This document shows, in pieces, positions 63,741 to 64,000 of a DNA stretch of 64,000 nt. The stretch spans positions 496,001 through 560,000 of the forward strand of contig NC_086098.1 of assembly GCF_963921235.1 (NCBI RefSeq). The letters are read 5' to 3'. Both the position numbers and the translations under genes were made by a program. Position 1 is the stretch's first letter. Every line of letters starts with the position of its first letter. The stretch comes from Mobula hypostoma. Taxonomy: Eukaryota. A model generated the notes under the pieces. That model was not told where the DNA came from, did no database searches, and was given only the letters and a program-made list of their open reading frames with translations.

Positions 63741-64000
63741 CCCCCTAACCCTAAACTGTGCTGCTCCTAAGAGCACTCTGTGAGGTCATTCTTGGCCATT
63801 AGACTCTATTATGAGTCAACCCATAGGTGGGGAAGTGATGACACCCTCCTGTTAGACTGTTTGAGGTAAACTGTTTTCTATCCTTTCTTTCTTCTCTTCT
63901 AATATTTGTATATTTTCATATCTGTGCACTTGTAATGCTACTGTGATGCTGTAATTTGTACTGTGATACTGTGAAGCCGTATGGCCAGATTTGGGAACAG

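Noticed and set aside
1..64000. Prokaryotic operon, CRISPR array or defence system
   Set aside because: No repeat-spacer array or operon structure; all recognisable domains belong to eukaryotic retroelements

Overview
Eukaryotic DNA that is almost entirely retrotransposon-derived. The repeat families suggest a cartilaginous fish such as a ray or shark (inference). No host protein-coding gene is recognisable, and most ORF-track entries are transposon fragments or their antisense shadows. Contents: about 15 CR1-clade LINE copies from several subfamilies, one with an uninterrupted EN-RT ORF2 (21818-24817) and one apparently full-length (44845-50677); a Gmr1-like Ty3/Gypsy LTR element (2924-19700; SCAN-like gag, PR-IN-RT-RH order) whose 5' LTR was hit three times by one I/Nimb-group LINE family; Penelope-like elements (PLEs) with minimal hammerhead ribozyme motifs, including two fold-back palindromic insertions; and R4-like, Rex1/Babar and L1-like remnants. 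Most notable: (1) an in-frame T_TTA_AAC slippery heptamer plus stop at all five CR1 ORF1/ORF2 junctions, where a -1 shift enters ORF2, which usually lacks an early AUG; (2) a 47-nt tRNA-Leu-derived primer-binding site that starts just after the anticodon/G37; (3) repeated LINE targeting of one LTR, including its probable transcription start; (4) a five-level nested insertion stack reconstructed from target-site duplications (TSDs). Boundaries of old fragments are approximate.
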